64,000 nt of DNA from Candidatus Cloacimonadales bacterium (GTDB lineage: Bacteria > Cloacimonadota > Cloacimonadia > Cloacimonadales > JAIOQZ01): the NCBI GenBank assembly GCA_963674825.1, contig OY771587.1, forward strand, positions 3,424,001-3,488,000. Reading direction: 5' to 3'. Each line of letters opens with the position of its first letter. Within the stretch, counting starts at the first letter, position 1. This document shows, in pieces, positions 1-9,744 of this stretch. Below the pieces are notes generated by a model that saw only the letters and a program-made list of their open reading frames with translations, made no database searches and had not been told where the DNA came from. The position numbers were made by a program, and so were the translations under genes.

Positions 1-68
1 CTCCCGGCTACAAACGATACACAGAAATGATACTGAAAAAAGCCGGGATGTCAAACGCAGACAGGTGA
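1..68 (+). CDS. 3' end of a gene entering from the left edge (…PGYKRYTEMILKKAGMSNADR*), product unknown
   Basis: Open frame from position 3 to TGA at 66-68, converging on the hairpin at 95-126. Too short to identify. Confidence 0.35.
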   Translation, partial: PGYKRYTEMILKKAGMSNADR

Positions 69-85
69 TTACGTGTGTGTTTTTT

Positions 86-126
86 GTAAAGAAAGCGGGG
101 AACATTTTTATATCTATGTTCCCCGC
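86..126 (-). terminator. Intrinsic terminator downstream of the PEP carboxykinase gene, possibly bidirectional
   Basis: Perfect 11-bp stem GCGGGGAACAT/ATGTTCCCCGC (95-126), followed on the minus strand by TTTCTTTAC. Confidence 0.7.
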
Positions 127-176
127 AGCAATTTACTCTAGTAGATTAAAATCGGACTTTTGTAAATGAATCAAAT

Positions 177-1913
177 TCATTTGTCGAAAGTCGTTTGAAG
201 TACACGCTCGAGATTGCTCAGAAGATACGGTTTCTGCGTGAGATCGGAGGCTACCAGGAACTGACGTCTCTGTGCAAAACGGTCGCGAATCAGATGATTG
301 TAATCATCGATATTTTCGCGTGTGCGTGGGTTATAGCGATCATAATATCCCGGAAGCGCTTTCTCGATCGATTCCCTTGTCGGAATCATGATTCCAGGGA
401 TCGCTCCCCATTCTTCCCACTCGAGCTGATCGGTGAGGATCAGCGTCTGGAGCATGAGAGAGGTCTTGAGCGGAATGGATTCCAGAACTTCTTCTGAAGT
501 CTTCCAGTAACCTCGGGAGTTGAACGCATATACATCAGCACCGGCATCGATTACGTTCAGGAAAGCTTCAACGTCTTTATAGAGTTCATAAACGCGGAAC
601 GGATTTGCGAAAGGCTCGAAGACCAGTTTCTTGAGTTCTTCTTCGGTAACGTTCTCGGCGCGGTTACGCTTGGTGATGAGCGAAGCACCCATCGCGACAG
701 CGAGATGACGGTCGCTGAACTTAACAACCGGCGGCAGGATGACGTCTTTCATCAGCCAACAGAGCGCTTGCGGGAAAGAGCAGCGGTTGACGTAGTCACC
801 GAGGAGGTCGCGGTCGAGCAGCGCTCTTCCATTACCCTGGCGAAGGTCAAGACCGACGGGAACGTTCTTGCCATTGATATTGATGACGGCGTGGTTCATG
901 AGGCTGATAGCGTATTTCCAGTCCGGGTGATCAGGCGGACGACTATCGGTTTTGTCGAAGAGAGAGGGTTCCCATACACGGCAGACTTTTTCTTCGGTAT
1001 CAATCTGGAAAGCGTCGTCGTGAAGCACCACTTTTTTAAAGCCTTCAGGAAGGGTTCCGCCGTTGTCGTGGCTATTGGTGTGCGATGACTTTCCGGTTCC
1101 TGAGAGCCCGTAGAAAGCGATAGAACGTTTACCGAGTTTGTGGTATTGCTCTTCGACGCAATTCGTAAAATCGATTTCCTTTATACCACCATGGCAGGCA
1201 GCCATTCCGAGACGCATACCGGAAGTCCATGCCAGGGTGAGAGTACCTTTCTTGCGTTCGCCAAAATAGCGCATGCCGAGGTTGAAGATCACATTGTGTT
1301 TCTCATCGACAAGTGCGAGCTGCGGTGCACCTACATTGTGATAGTAAGAATCGTTGCATGTCCATTCGTTGAATGAAACAAGGATGATGTCCTGAATGGG
1401 GAGAACCCTGCTGTTTTCGTACTTCTCAGCGATTTCGGTATAGGGCTGGAAATTAACGAGCCAGTTGAACACATTCATGGCATCGGATTCGGTTGTGATA
1501 AAATGAGCTTTAATCATCAGGTCGCCATCCAGGCCGAGAACACCCTCGGCGCGGATGAGTTTCTGTTGTTCGAGCTGGAACATTGCTTCGCGAAGATCGC
1601 CTTCGACCTTGTTGCGCTCCACTTCGTCCATGCGGTTGTAAAAGCGGCGTGCTTTCGCCGTACGTCCGATGATCTTTCCGTGGCAGTCATCGAGAACTTT
1701 CGCGCCCTTGGGCAGGCCGAGAACTTCTGCTGCCTGCGGATATATTTCAAGATCCGTCTCGAAAACCCCAGGCTGCTTGAGTGCGAGTTCATACGCTTCC
1801 GCGGTTGTTACTTTTCGCACTTTAGGGTTCCATAAAACTGTCTCGGCAATTGCTCTTACTCGTGAAATTTGTGATAGTTCGGTGTAGAACTCAAAACTTG
1901 ACTTGCTGGCCAT
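177..1913 (-). CDS. pckA: Phosphoenolpyruvate carboxykinase (ATP) family protein
   Basis: YFGERKKG, CHGG, P-loop FYGLSGTGKS and metal motif LHDDAF. Start moved to ATG 1913 (or 1916) after a GGAGG RBS. Confidence 0.8.
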   Translation of the reverse strand: MASKSSFEFYTELSQISRVRAIAETVLWNPKVRKVTTAEAYELALKQPGVFETDLEIYPQAAEVLGLPKGAKVLDDCHGKIIGRTAKARRFYNRMDEVERNKVEGDLREAMFQLEQQKLIRAEGVLGLDGDLMIKAHFITTESDAMNVFNWLVNFQPYTEIAEKYENSRVLPIQDIILVSFNEWTCNDSYYHNVGAPQLALVDEKHNVIFNLGMRYFGERKKGTLTLAWTSGMRLGMAACHGGIKEIDFTNCVEEQYHKLGKRSIAFYGLSGTGKSSHTNSHDNGGTLPEGFKKVVLHDDAFQIDTEEKVCRVWEPSLFDKTDSRPPDHPDWKYAISLMNHAVININGKNVPVGLDLRQGNGRALLDRDLLGDYVNRCSFPQALCWLMKDVILPPVVKFSDRHLAVAMGASLITKRNRAENVTEEELKKLVFEPFANPFRVYELYKDVEAFLNVIDAGADVYAFNSRGYWKTSEEVLESIPLKTSLMLQTLILTDQLEWEEWGAIPGIMIPTRESIEKALPGYYDRYNPRTRENIDDYNHLIRDRFAQRRQFLVASDLTQKPYLLSNLERVLQTTFDK

Positions 1914-2196
1914 CATTCCTCCGATTTTGAATAATGAAAGGTGCAATAGATTGAACTCCAATCGATTTAGTCAATAGATTTCATTCCAGCACAAAGCTTC
2001 TCAATATGGTCAACATTGTGTGGTGCTTGGAAATGATCAGGAGGTTATCGGGAGATCTTATTGTAATTTATGTTATAACAGCAATTTCCATTCAGATTAG
2101 TATTCACTATTTCGACACAAACCGTCTACCGCATACTGCAAGAATGACTTACCGGGTCGAGATTTTTTTTCCGCAAGGAAAAGCAGTTTGTCTGAA

Positions 2197-3453
2197 CTAC
2201 TCGGAAAGGTATTGTTTTACGAACTCGATCTCGTCCTGTTTCGTAACAATTTCTCCATCGATACGCTTCGCGTAGAGTAAATCGAGCAGCCTTCCCAGTT
2301 CAGGTCCGAGCTCAATACCAAGCTCCAGCAGGTCACCGCCGTTTAGCTGCACCATGATGTTCCGATTCGTTTGGATATAGTCCAGAATCACTTCGAAGCC
2401 ATGCCGGCTGAAGAGGTAAAGGAGTGTTTCGGGTTCGAGAGTGCGTAATTGGAGCGAAATATCGCCTTCGGTGCGGTCATCCCAGGCGTCGGGATAGAGC
2501 AGGCAGGAGGCTTCCAGCTTACGGGTTTCCCGCGCAAATATGCCCGGCATGCGGAGTTTGCTGGAGATTCTATCTCGTGATTTCTCCGGCAAATCTGCTG
2601 TGAGGGCGATCATATAGGGCAGCCAGTTTTTCCACTCCCTATCTGCGAACTCTTTCCTGAAGCTGTCTTCGAATACCGATACATCCTCGAGATTCTCTTC
2701 GGTTTCTTCGTCCATATCCAGATCACGATCGATGTGACGTAAGATATCATGTTCCTGTAGGCCAATGAAGTACAAGAACGGCGCGGTCTCTTTGCAGCCT
2801 TTCTGGATATCCTGGAAGATGCGCTCGCCGGACACTGTGTTGAGGGCGTTACCCTGAACAGCCTGATCGAGGAGATGAATAGTCTCATTTTCGATGTCGA
2901 AGTCGAATCGCTGTGCAAAGCGGATACAGCGCAGCACGCGGGTGGGGTCGTCGAGAAAGCTTCTGTCGTGCAGGATGCGAATGATCCCCTGTTGCAGGTC
3001 AAACAATCCCTCGAAGGGATCCAGGAGTTTGCCGAAATCCTCCGCGTTGAGCGACATCGCCATGGAGTTGATGGTGAAATCGCGGCGATGGAGATCGTTT
3101 CGCAGGGTTGAGTTTTTTACCATGGGCAACGAGCCTGGAACCGGATAGGCCTCAGTTCGTGCAGTGGCGACGTCGATTCGGATCTGGTCGGTTGTGATCA
3201 TGGTAGCGGTTCCGAACTTTGGGAAGCTGTAGTAAGTTCCGCCAAACTCATTCACGTAGCTCTTGGCAAAATCGATGCCGATGCCTTCTACGGTTATATC
3301 GATATCAGAGAGATCGCGCTGAAGTATGAGGTCGCGTACGATACCACCAACAGCGTAGGTTCGCATATCGATGCTGGCTCCGTGAGAGCCGAGTTTCTCA
3401 AGCAATTCCAGCGTTTTTTCCGGGATCAGATCAAGCAGGTATCCTCTATGCAT
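2197..3453 (-). CDS. cca: Class II tRNA nucleotidyltransferase (CCA/A-adding, poly(A) polymerase family)
   Basis: AVGGIVRD, DIDI, DLHRRDFTINSMA and DDPTRVLR motifs; C-terminal GGDLLELG…GPELG. Confidence 0.85.
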   Translation of the reverse strand: MHRGYLLDLIPEKTLELLEKLGSHGASIDMRTYAVGGIVRDLILQRDLSDIDITVEGIGIDFAKSYVNEFGGTYYSFPKFGTATMITTDQIRIDVATARTEAYPVPGSLPMVKNSTLRNDLHRRDFTINSMAMSLNAEDFGKLLDPFEGLFDLQQGIIRILHDRSFLDDPTRVLRCIRFAQRFDFDIENETIHLLDQAVQGNALNTVSGERIFQDIQKGCKETAPFLYFIGLQEHDILRHIDRDLDMDEETEENLEDVSVFEDSFRKEFADREWKNWLPYMIALTADLPEKSRDRISSKLRMPGIFARETRKLEASCLLYPDAWDDRTEGDISLQLRTLEPETLLYLFSRHGFEVILDYIQTNRNIMVQLNGGDLLELGIELGPELGRLLDLLYAKRIDGEIVTKQDEIEFVKQYLSE

Positions 3454-4216
3454 AATACAACATCTTTTCGAGTATCTCCAGCGATTTCAGGTTAAAATGC
3501 GTGTGTATATTCTCTTCCGCATGCAAACGCAGAATACGATTCATTGTGCGAAAAACGTTAGCCGGTATCTCCAGTTCGTCAAGGAATTTACCGATAACCG
3601 GCATTTTCTGCAACAAATGTGCGGTATCTGTATCGATCCGGATGATGTAATCCTCCATTGCGGGATTTTGGCATGATACGCAGACCAGGCCGTGACGTCG
3701 CGGGAAATACGCGGCCGCTTCGATATTCTCGCGATCACAGAGCACACATTGTTCCAGATCGAGAGGAATTCCCAGTAAACGATAAGCAGCCAACATGAAG
3801 CGCCAGTAAATGAGGACTGCGCCTTCTCGATGCTCCACAATATAGCTCAGGAACCGTGTGAGAAGCTCGTAGAAGTCCTCCGAATCCACTTCGTGAATCA
3901 GGATTTGCAGGATCGATTCGAACGCTGCCTGGATCACCGTATTGGTAACCGGGTCGGCGTGGTAATTGGCGATGAAAGCGCCGGAACGGAAATACCACCA
4001 CTTCGAATCCGGCGTTTTATAGAGCGTCAGTTCGAGTTGGTTATTCGGTTCCAGCAATCCGATGAGCTTGCTCTGATTTTTGCGCGCGCCTTTGGCGATA
4101 ATGGGAATCAGTCCAAGATTCTTCGTCAGGACATCCATCATCACGCTGGTTTCGCGTAATGGCATCCTGCGAAGGATAACGCCTTCGGTTACATACAGCC
4201 GGTTCCGATCGTCCAT
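3446..4216 (-). CDS. recO: DNA repair protein RecO
   Basis: N-terminal OB-fold EGVILRR…AKGARK and zinc module CVLC…CVSC. Confidence 0.9.
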   Translation of the reverse strand: MDDRNRLYVTEGVILRRMPLRETSVMMDVLTKNLGLIPIIAKGARKNQSKLIGLLEPNNQLELTLYKTPDSKWWYFRSGAFIANYHADPVTNTVIQAAFESILQILIHEVDSEDFYELLTRFLSYIVEHREGAVLIYWRFMLAAYRLLGIPLDLEQCVLCDRENIEAAAYFPRRHGLVCVSCQNPAMEDYIIRIDTDTAHLLQKMPVIGKFLDELEIPANVFRTMNRILRLHAEENIHTHFNLKSLEILEKMLYYA

Positions 4217-4217
4217 C

Positions 4218-6056
4218 CTATTCGACGGTGACGCTTTTCGCCAGGTTTCGCGGCTGATCTACGTCCAAGCCTCGTTCACGAGCTACGTGATATGCGAGAA
4301 GCTGCATGGGGATCACCGAAAGCAGCGGTTGCAGGACGGGGATCGTAGTCGGAATACGAATCACACCCTCGGAAATCTTCTCCATATTGGTATCATTCTC
4401 GCTGACGATGGTGAAGAGCCGTCCGTTGCGCGCCTTTACTTCCTGCAGGTTGGAATAAATCTTGTCGTAGAGGAAGTCGTTCATGGCGATGGCGATAACG
4501 GGCATGTTATCGTCTATGAGTGCGATAGGGCCGTGTTTCATCTCGGCTGCGGGATAGCCTTCGGCGTGGATGTAGCTGATTTCTTTAAGCTTCAGCGCAC
4601 CTTCGAGCGCGACCGGGTAGTGAACACCGCGTCCGAGGTAGAGGGCGTTAGTGGTGTCCTTGATGGAGCAGGCGATCTGCCGTATATGTTCATCCATATC
4701 GAGGATTTGCTGAATCTTCTCGGGGATTTTCTTGAGTTCGGTGATGATCTCGGAACCGTCACCCGGTGAGAGGTGGTGCATTCTTCCGAGGAGCAGACCG
4801 AGTAGGGTTAAAACGGTTACCTGAGAGGTGAACGCCTTGGTCGAGGCTACGCCAATCTCTGTTCCGGCGTGGATATAGACGCCGCCGTCCGATTCGCGAG
4901 CGATGGTGCTGCCAACGGTGTTGGTAATGCCGAGTACACGTGCACCGCGCGCCTTTGCTTCACGCATAGCTGCGAGCGTGTCGGCGGTCTCGCCAGACTG
5001 GCTGATCACGAAGACAAGCGTTCTTTCCGGGATGATCGGGTTGCGATAGCGGTATTCGCCGGCATATTCCACCCAACAGGGGATGCGTGCCAGATCTTCG
5101 ATCACATAACTTCCGATGAGCCCTGCATGCCAGGATGTACCGCAGGCGATGAGATGTAATTGCCGTATGTTTTTAAGCTCGTCCGGACGCATGGCAAGTC
5201 CACCCAAGCGTGCGCTGGACAGGCTCTCGACAAGCCGACCGCGGAATGCGTTGGCAACCGATGTGGGCTGCTCGTGGATCTCCTTGAGCATGAAGTGCTC
5301 GTATTCGCCCTTCTCAATGGAGGAGAGATCCCATTCGACTTCCGAGACTTCCGCGGTTACAGGTTCTAGATCCATTGTGGTGATCTCGAAGCGATCCCGG
5401 TTGATCGTGACAATCTCGTTATCCTGCAGGTAGATAACTTTCTTCGTGTGGATGATGATCGCGCTGACGTCCGATGACACGAAAAATTCATCACTGCCGA
5501 TTCCGAGGATCAGCGGACTGCCCTTACGGGCAGCGATGATTTTGTCCGGGTAGTCGCGATGCAGCACAGCGATACCGTAGGTACCTTCCACAAGCTTCAG
5601 AGTGCGGCGCACTGCTTCGGTGAGGTTCTGGGTTTTCTTGCAGAAATGTGCGATGAGGTGTGCGAGGACTTCCGTATCGGTCTCTGAGATGAACTCGCAG
5701 CCTTTCTTGCCCAAAAAGGTGCGCAAATTTTTGTAGTTTTCGATGATGCCATTGTGCACCACCGCAATTTTCTTTTCCATGTCCCAGTGCGGATGGGCGT
5801 TGACTTCGTTGGGTTCGCCGTGGGTCGCCCAGCGGGTGTGGGCGATACCGATGCTGCCGATCGTCTCGGTGGGAGCGGGAAGCGAGCGTTCCAGCTCGAT
5901 GATCTTGCCCTGTTTTTTAAAAATCTTCAGCTCGTTCTGTGGACTGATAATCGCAGCGCCTGAGCTGTCGTAGCCACGGTATTCGAGCCGCTTGATTCCT
6001 TCTATAATGATCGGCATGGCCGTTCTGTTACCGATGTAACCAACAATACCACACAT
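4218..6056 (-). CDS. glmS: Glutamine--fructose-6-phosphate aminotransferase (isomerizing)
   Basis: Starts MCGIVGYIG at 6056; EYRGYDS, HTRWATHG, SQSGETAD and C-terminal PRNLAKSVTVE. Confidence 0.98.
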   Translation of the reverse strand: MCGIVGYIGNRTAMPIIIEGIKRLEYRGYDSSGAAIISPQNELKIFKKQGKIIELERSLPAPTETIGSIGIAHTRWATHGEPNEVNAHPHWDMEKKIAVVHNGIIENYKNLRTFLGKKGCEFISETDTEVLAHLIAHFCKKTQNLTEAVRRTLKLVEGTYGIAVLHRDYPDKIIAARKGSPLILGIGSDEFFVSSDVSAIIIHTKKVIYLQDNEIVTINRDRFEITTMDLEPVTAEVSEVEWDLSSIEKGEYEHFMLKEIHEQPTSVANAFRGRLVESLSSARLGGLAMRPDELKNIRQLHLIACGTSWHAGLIGSYVIEDLARIPCWVEYAGEYRYRNPIIPERTLVFVISQSGETADTLAAMREAKARGARVLGITNTVGSTIARESDGGVYIHAGTEIGVASTKAFTSQVTVLTLLGLLLGRMHHLSPGDGSEIITELKKIPEKIQQILDMDEHIRQIACSIKDTTNALYLGRGVHYPVALEGALKLKEISYIHAEGYPAAEMKHGPIALIDDNMPVIAIAMNDFLYDKIYSNLQEVKARNGRLFTIVSENDTNMEKISEGVIRIPTTIPVLQPLLSVIPMQLLAYHVARERGLDVDQPRNLAKSVTVE

Positions 6057-6058
6057 AG

Positions 6059-8137
6059 TTATTCTCCTTCTGTGATGTTCTTGAATGCAGGTGCAATGCC
6101 CGGATTGACTTTCAGGAAGCCAAAGAGCAATCCTGCGAATGCTGCTGCCATGACCATGAGCGCAACCCATGAAATCTGGTCATTCTGGAATACAAAATGA
6201 TATCCCGGGAATGCTTCGCCGTATTGCAGCAGCAAGACCACAATGAGATTATTCATAAAGTGCGCAAACATGGCAATATAAAAACTTCCCGTGCGGACCA
6301 TCAAAAACGCGATCCACATACCTAATAGCGAAGCGGGAAGAAGCCTGAAGGGATCGAGGTGCATGACACCGAACATGACTGACGAGATGACAATCGCTGC
6401 CGGGATGCCAAACTTGCGGAATACGCGGAACATATAGCCACGATAAACGGTCTCTTCACAGATGCCCGGTAGTACCGCGACGATCAGGATTTTCATCCAC
6501 AGCGAGGCGTCGTTCATGCCCATCATTTCCGAAAATCTTGCAATGTATTCCTGCGGAATGGGGAAGAGCATGTTTATGAATTCGATCAACTTACTGGCAA
6601 AGAGGTATGTCGGGAGCGACATCAGCATGACCAGCAGAAAGTTGAGCGGCTTGGTACCGTTAAGCCTGAAGGTCTTACGGATATCGACTTTGCCGATACG
6701 CATGATGATCAGTATCGGAATCAGGAAGAGGATTACCAGGGTCTTGATCAGCCCCATTGCGGGATCTTTCGCCTGCCAGCTTCCCCCGATGTAGAATAGC
6801 GCGACGAGCTGTGCACCGAAGATTAGAAACGCCAGCCCGGGCTGGAAGACGTTCTTACTGTTCTTACCCCAGAATTTCAGAGTCTTCTCTTCTTCCACGC
6901 GGAATAGTACGCCTTCGCGGTTGAAGAGCCGCACGGTAACAGCGATCATGATGATATCCAGCACCAGCGTAGAGCCGATGGTAACCAGGAAATTGACCAT
7001 GTTGAACTGATCGAGCATGATCTCTTTGAACAATAGCGCGATATTGATGACCGGGATCATGGAGAATCCGACGTTGAGTTCCACCCCCGGAAGCATGCTG
7101 ACAAAGGACATCATGATGGTGATCATGATGACAGGTGAGAGGTAGGTGTTGGCTTCCCGCATATTACGCGAATAGGTACTGATCGAGAGCAAGATGCCCG
7201 AGATCAATGTAATCAGCGGGATCATCGCCAGGAAGACCAGCGAGAAGCTCGATATTGGCATATGCATGTCCGCGAGGTCGAGCCCGGCCTGCGTCATCAG
7301 ATGCTTGATGGATAGGAACATGCTGAAAAGGTTCATAATGACCGACACGAATTGGAAGGTCATGACGGTGAGATACTTGCCGATCACGATTTCGTTTCGA
7401 TTGGCAGCACTGACAAGAAGCGTCTCCAGCGTACCGCGTTCCTTTTCGCCGGCGATAATATCCGTTGCGATCACTGCACCGCTACTGACGGTCAGGATAA
7501 TCAGCAGATATGGGAGGAGTCTTCCGACCACAAGTCCCAGCATACGCTGCGACGAGGCTATGTTGTCAGACTCCACGGTGACGGCGTTGAGAATCTCCGG
7601 TGAGACCTCGATAGCCTCAAGACGCTTACCGATTAATTGTTCCTCGGCATCGACCAGCATGCCCGTGATGGTATCATATCCGCGTGAACTGCGGTCGTCA
7701 GCCTTGTCGTAGATAAGCTGAATCGCGTAGATCGGGTATTTACGTTCATTCCCGAGCGAATCGGTGCTCTCCTTCTTGATGATCATCACCGACTGGAAGA
7801 AACGGTCGTTCAACCTGGCACGGAAATCCTCTTCAGTAAGCAGGTTCGGGTTGTCCTCGTTGGGCACGTCTTTGGGGTAAATATCAAAGAGGCTATCGGC
7901 TTCGAAGACCGACGAGATATGCTCGGAAAGGCTGTCTTTCACAGTGTCGTGGATATACATGCGAATGGTTTCAGTATCGAGCTTCTTCTCCTGTCGCATC
8001 ATGAGTGAAGAGAAGAGGATCATGATGATCGGATAGAAAATGATAGGCAGGAGCATCGAGGTAATGATGGTTCGGCGATCCCGAAGCAGGTCCTTGATCT
8101 CCTTCTTATAGATTGTGAAGATTTTACTCGCATTCAT
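6059..8137 (-). CDS. ABC-2/NatB-like permease fused to a C-terminal CPBP (CAAX) intramembrane metalloprotease domain
   Basis: KKEIKDLLRDRRT start and AGEKERGTLETLL motif; C-terminal GICEETVYRG, FGVMH and AHFMNN motifs. Start taken at MNASK. Confidence 0.85.
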   Translation of the reverse strand: MNASKIFTIYKKEIKDLLRDRRTIITSMLLPIIFYPIIMILFSSLMMRQEKKLDTETIRMYIHDTVKDSLSEHISSVFEADSLFDIYPKDVPNEDNPNLLTEEDFRARLNDRFFQSVMIIKKESTDSLGNERKYPIYAIQLIYDKADDRSSRGYDTITGMLVDAEEQLIGKRLEAIEVSPEILNAVTVESDNIASSQRMLGLVVGRLLPYLLIILTVSSGAVIATDIIAGEKERGTLETLLVSAANRNEIVIGKYLTVMTFQFVSVIMNLFSMFLSIKHLMTQAGLDLADMHMPISSFSLVFLAMIPLITLISGILLSISTYSRNMREANTYLSPVIMITIMMSFVSMLPGVELNVGFSMIPVINIALLFKEIMLDQFNMVNFLVTIGSTLVLDIIMIAVTVRLFNREGVLFRVEEEKTLKFWGKNSKNVFQPGLAFLIFGAQLVALFYIGGSWQAKDPAMGLIKTLVILFLIPILIIMRIGKVDIRKTFRLNGTKPLNFLLVMLMSLPTYLFASKLIEFINMLFPIPQEYIARFSEMMGMNDASLWMKILIVAVLPGICEETVYRGYMFRVFRKFGIPAAIVISSVMFGVMHLDPFRLLPASLLGMWIAFLMVRTGSFYIAMFAHFMNNLIVVLLLQYGEAFPGYHFVFQNDQISWVALMVMAAAFAGLLFGFLKVNPGIAPAFKNITEGE

Positions 8138-8891
8138 CTTCAACCCCCTCGTCACACTTACTCACTTTAACATAGTGGATGAAGATGTCGTCCAGATCCT
8201 GCTTTCCGCTATCTTCCTTGAGCTTGTCCCAAGTTCCTTCGGCGAGCAGCGTTCCTTTGTGGATCATCACGATTCTATCGGCGATGCGTTCCGCTTCCCG
8301 CATGATGTGGGTGGAGAATAGCACGCATTTGCCATCGTCCCGGCACTTGCGGATAAAGGATACGATGTTTGACGCGGTAAGGATGTCCAGCCCGGATGTA
8401 GGTTCGTCGAAGATCATCACCGGAGGATCGTGGATGATGGATCTCGCGATGGATACTTTCTGCTTCATACCGGTGGAGAGGAAGTCGATGCGGCGGTCTA
8501 GGAACTCACGCATATCCAGGAAATCGGCCATGGATTCAATGCGCTCGTTGATGACGCTATCTGGCACATCGTAGAGTTTTCCGAAATAGGCGATCATCTC
8601 ACGGGCGGTCAGCCTTGCGTAAAGCCCGGTATCGCCAGAAAGGAAGCCGAGATTGCGGCGCACATCCCTTGGATGGGTGTGGGTGTCGAATCCCTCGATG
8701 CTGGCCGAGCCGGATGTCGGTTGCAGGATGGTAGAGAGCATGCGCATGGTGGTTGTCTTACCTGCACCGTTCACGCCTACAAGAGTGACGATCTCGCCCG
8801 TATTGACGTGGAAACTGAGATTGTTCACCGCGTTGAAGCTCTCGCCCTTCTGTTTCTTGAATTCTTTGGTAAGGTTCGAAACTTGGATCAT
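8124..8891 (-). CDS. ABC transporter ATP-binding protein (NatA-like)
   Basis: Walker A GVNGAGKTT, signature LSTGMKQK, Walker B IFDEPTSGLD, switch STH. Confidence 0.92.
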   Translation of the reverse strand: MIQVSNLTKEFKKQKGESFNAVNNLSFHVNTGEIVTLVGVNGAGKTTTMRMLSTILQPTSGSASIEGFDTHTHPRDVRRNLGFLSGDTGLYARLTAREMIAYFGKLYDVPDSVINERIESMADFLDMREFLDRRIDFLSTGMKQKVSIARSIIHDPPVMIFDEPTSGLDILTASNIVSFIRKCRDDGKCVLFSTHIMREAERIADRIVMIHKGTLLAEGTWDKLKEDSGKQDLDDIFIHYVKVSKCDEGVEDECE

Positions 8892-9024
8892 GTAGTTTCC
8901 TTTGTTATCATCGTTTGCGTCATAACAGCGAAGATGTAAACACCGTTTCTAATCCATCTTCACGGAATTCGCGCAAACATATCATTTTTTTATTGACGTA
9001 ATTCTATTCTTCTGTGCAATATAA

Positions 9025-9103
9025 AGTTGCGAGTGACATGAATTCCTTTGGAATTCGGCGGATTCCCATCGACGGGTGGGAATCCGTTTTCATTATCGCA
9101 ACT
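9025..9103 (+). ncRNA. Candidate structured small RNA (three-way junction); alternatively an elaborate terminator
   Basis: Outer stem AGTTGCGA/TCGCAACT encloses hairpins GAATTCC-TTT-GGAATTC and CGGATTCCCATC-GACG-GGTGGGAATCCG. The mismatches read as G-U pairs only on the + strand. TTGACG lies at 8993-8998. Confidence 0.35.
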
Positions 9104-9116
9104 GCTTATAAACATA

Positions 9117-9722
9117 TCAATCGGACGCTTCACTGTCGTCATCTTCATCATCAACGTAGTAGAAGCCCTCAACGTTCCATTTTATACCCAACGGGTAGTA
9201 AATTCTTTCCGCAACCATCATTGCCAGGCTGAATCCGAGGTAAAGGAACAGGCCAAACTCGAGATAACCAACAAGCACCATCGCTTTGGGCGTCTCTCCG
9301 GCAATCACATGTCCGATCAGGTAGGTCAGTGAATAGGCCACCGCGCCCATAATCGCGAACGGAATGCTCTTGATCTTAATACCGTTGGGTCTCATCCAGA
9401 AGAGATCGATAATCAATCCCGTGAGAATCATCAAAACGATATAAGTAGGATACAGAGACATGGCGTTACCCTGAGCTCGCATCAGGAAATAACTGACACC
9501 TGCACCCAGGATGGCTGATACGACAAGGATGATCGTGCGTGGATAAAACCGTGCCGTAGCGTAAACCACCGACATGGCGATTCCCATGAGAAACAGCTCG
9601 AATCCGCGCGCAGTTCCGGAGAAGATATTCAGGTGAATCAAGAGCCCCACAAGATAGCAGACTATCATGGTAACCGCGCTGGTTATCAGGAGCACGAACA
9701 GGCGAAAAGGAACGGCTTTCAT
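9117..9722 (-). CDS. Hypothetical multi-pass membrane protein
   Basis: About six hydrophobic segments and an acidic tail; GGAGG RBS upstream. Confidence 0.75.
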   Translation of the reverse strand: MKAVPFRLFVLLITSAVTMIVCYLVGLLIHLNIFSGTARGFELFLMGIAMSVVYATARFYPRTIILVVSAILGAGVSYFLMRAQGNAMSLYPTYIVLMILTGLIIDLFWMRPNGIKIKSIPFAIMGAVAYSLTYLIGHVIAGETPKAMVLVGYLEFGLFLYLGFSLAMMVAERIYYPLGIKWNVEGFYYVDDEDDDSEASD

Positions 9723-9744
9723 CGGGACCTCCGGGTTATGGCTA

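Noticed and set aside
6057..6170. N-terminal extension of glmS or a glmS ribozyme
   Set aside because: GlmS needs Cys directly after the start Met (ATG 6056), and the upstream sequence is the permease coding region.
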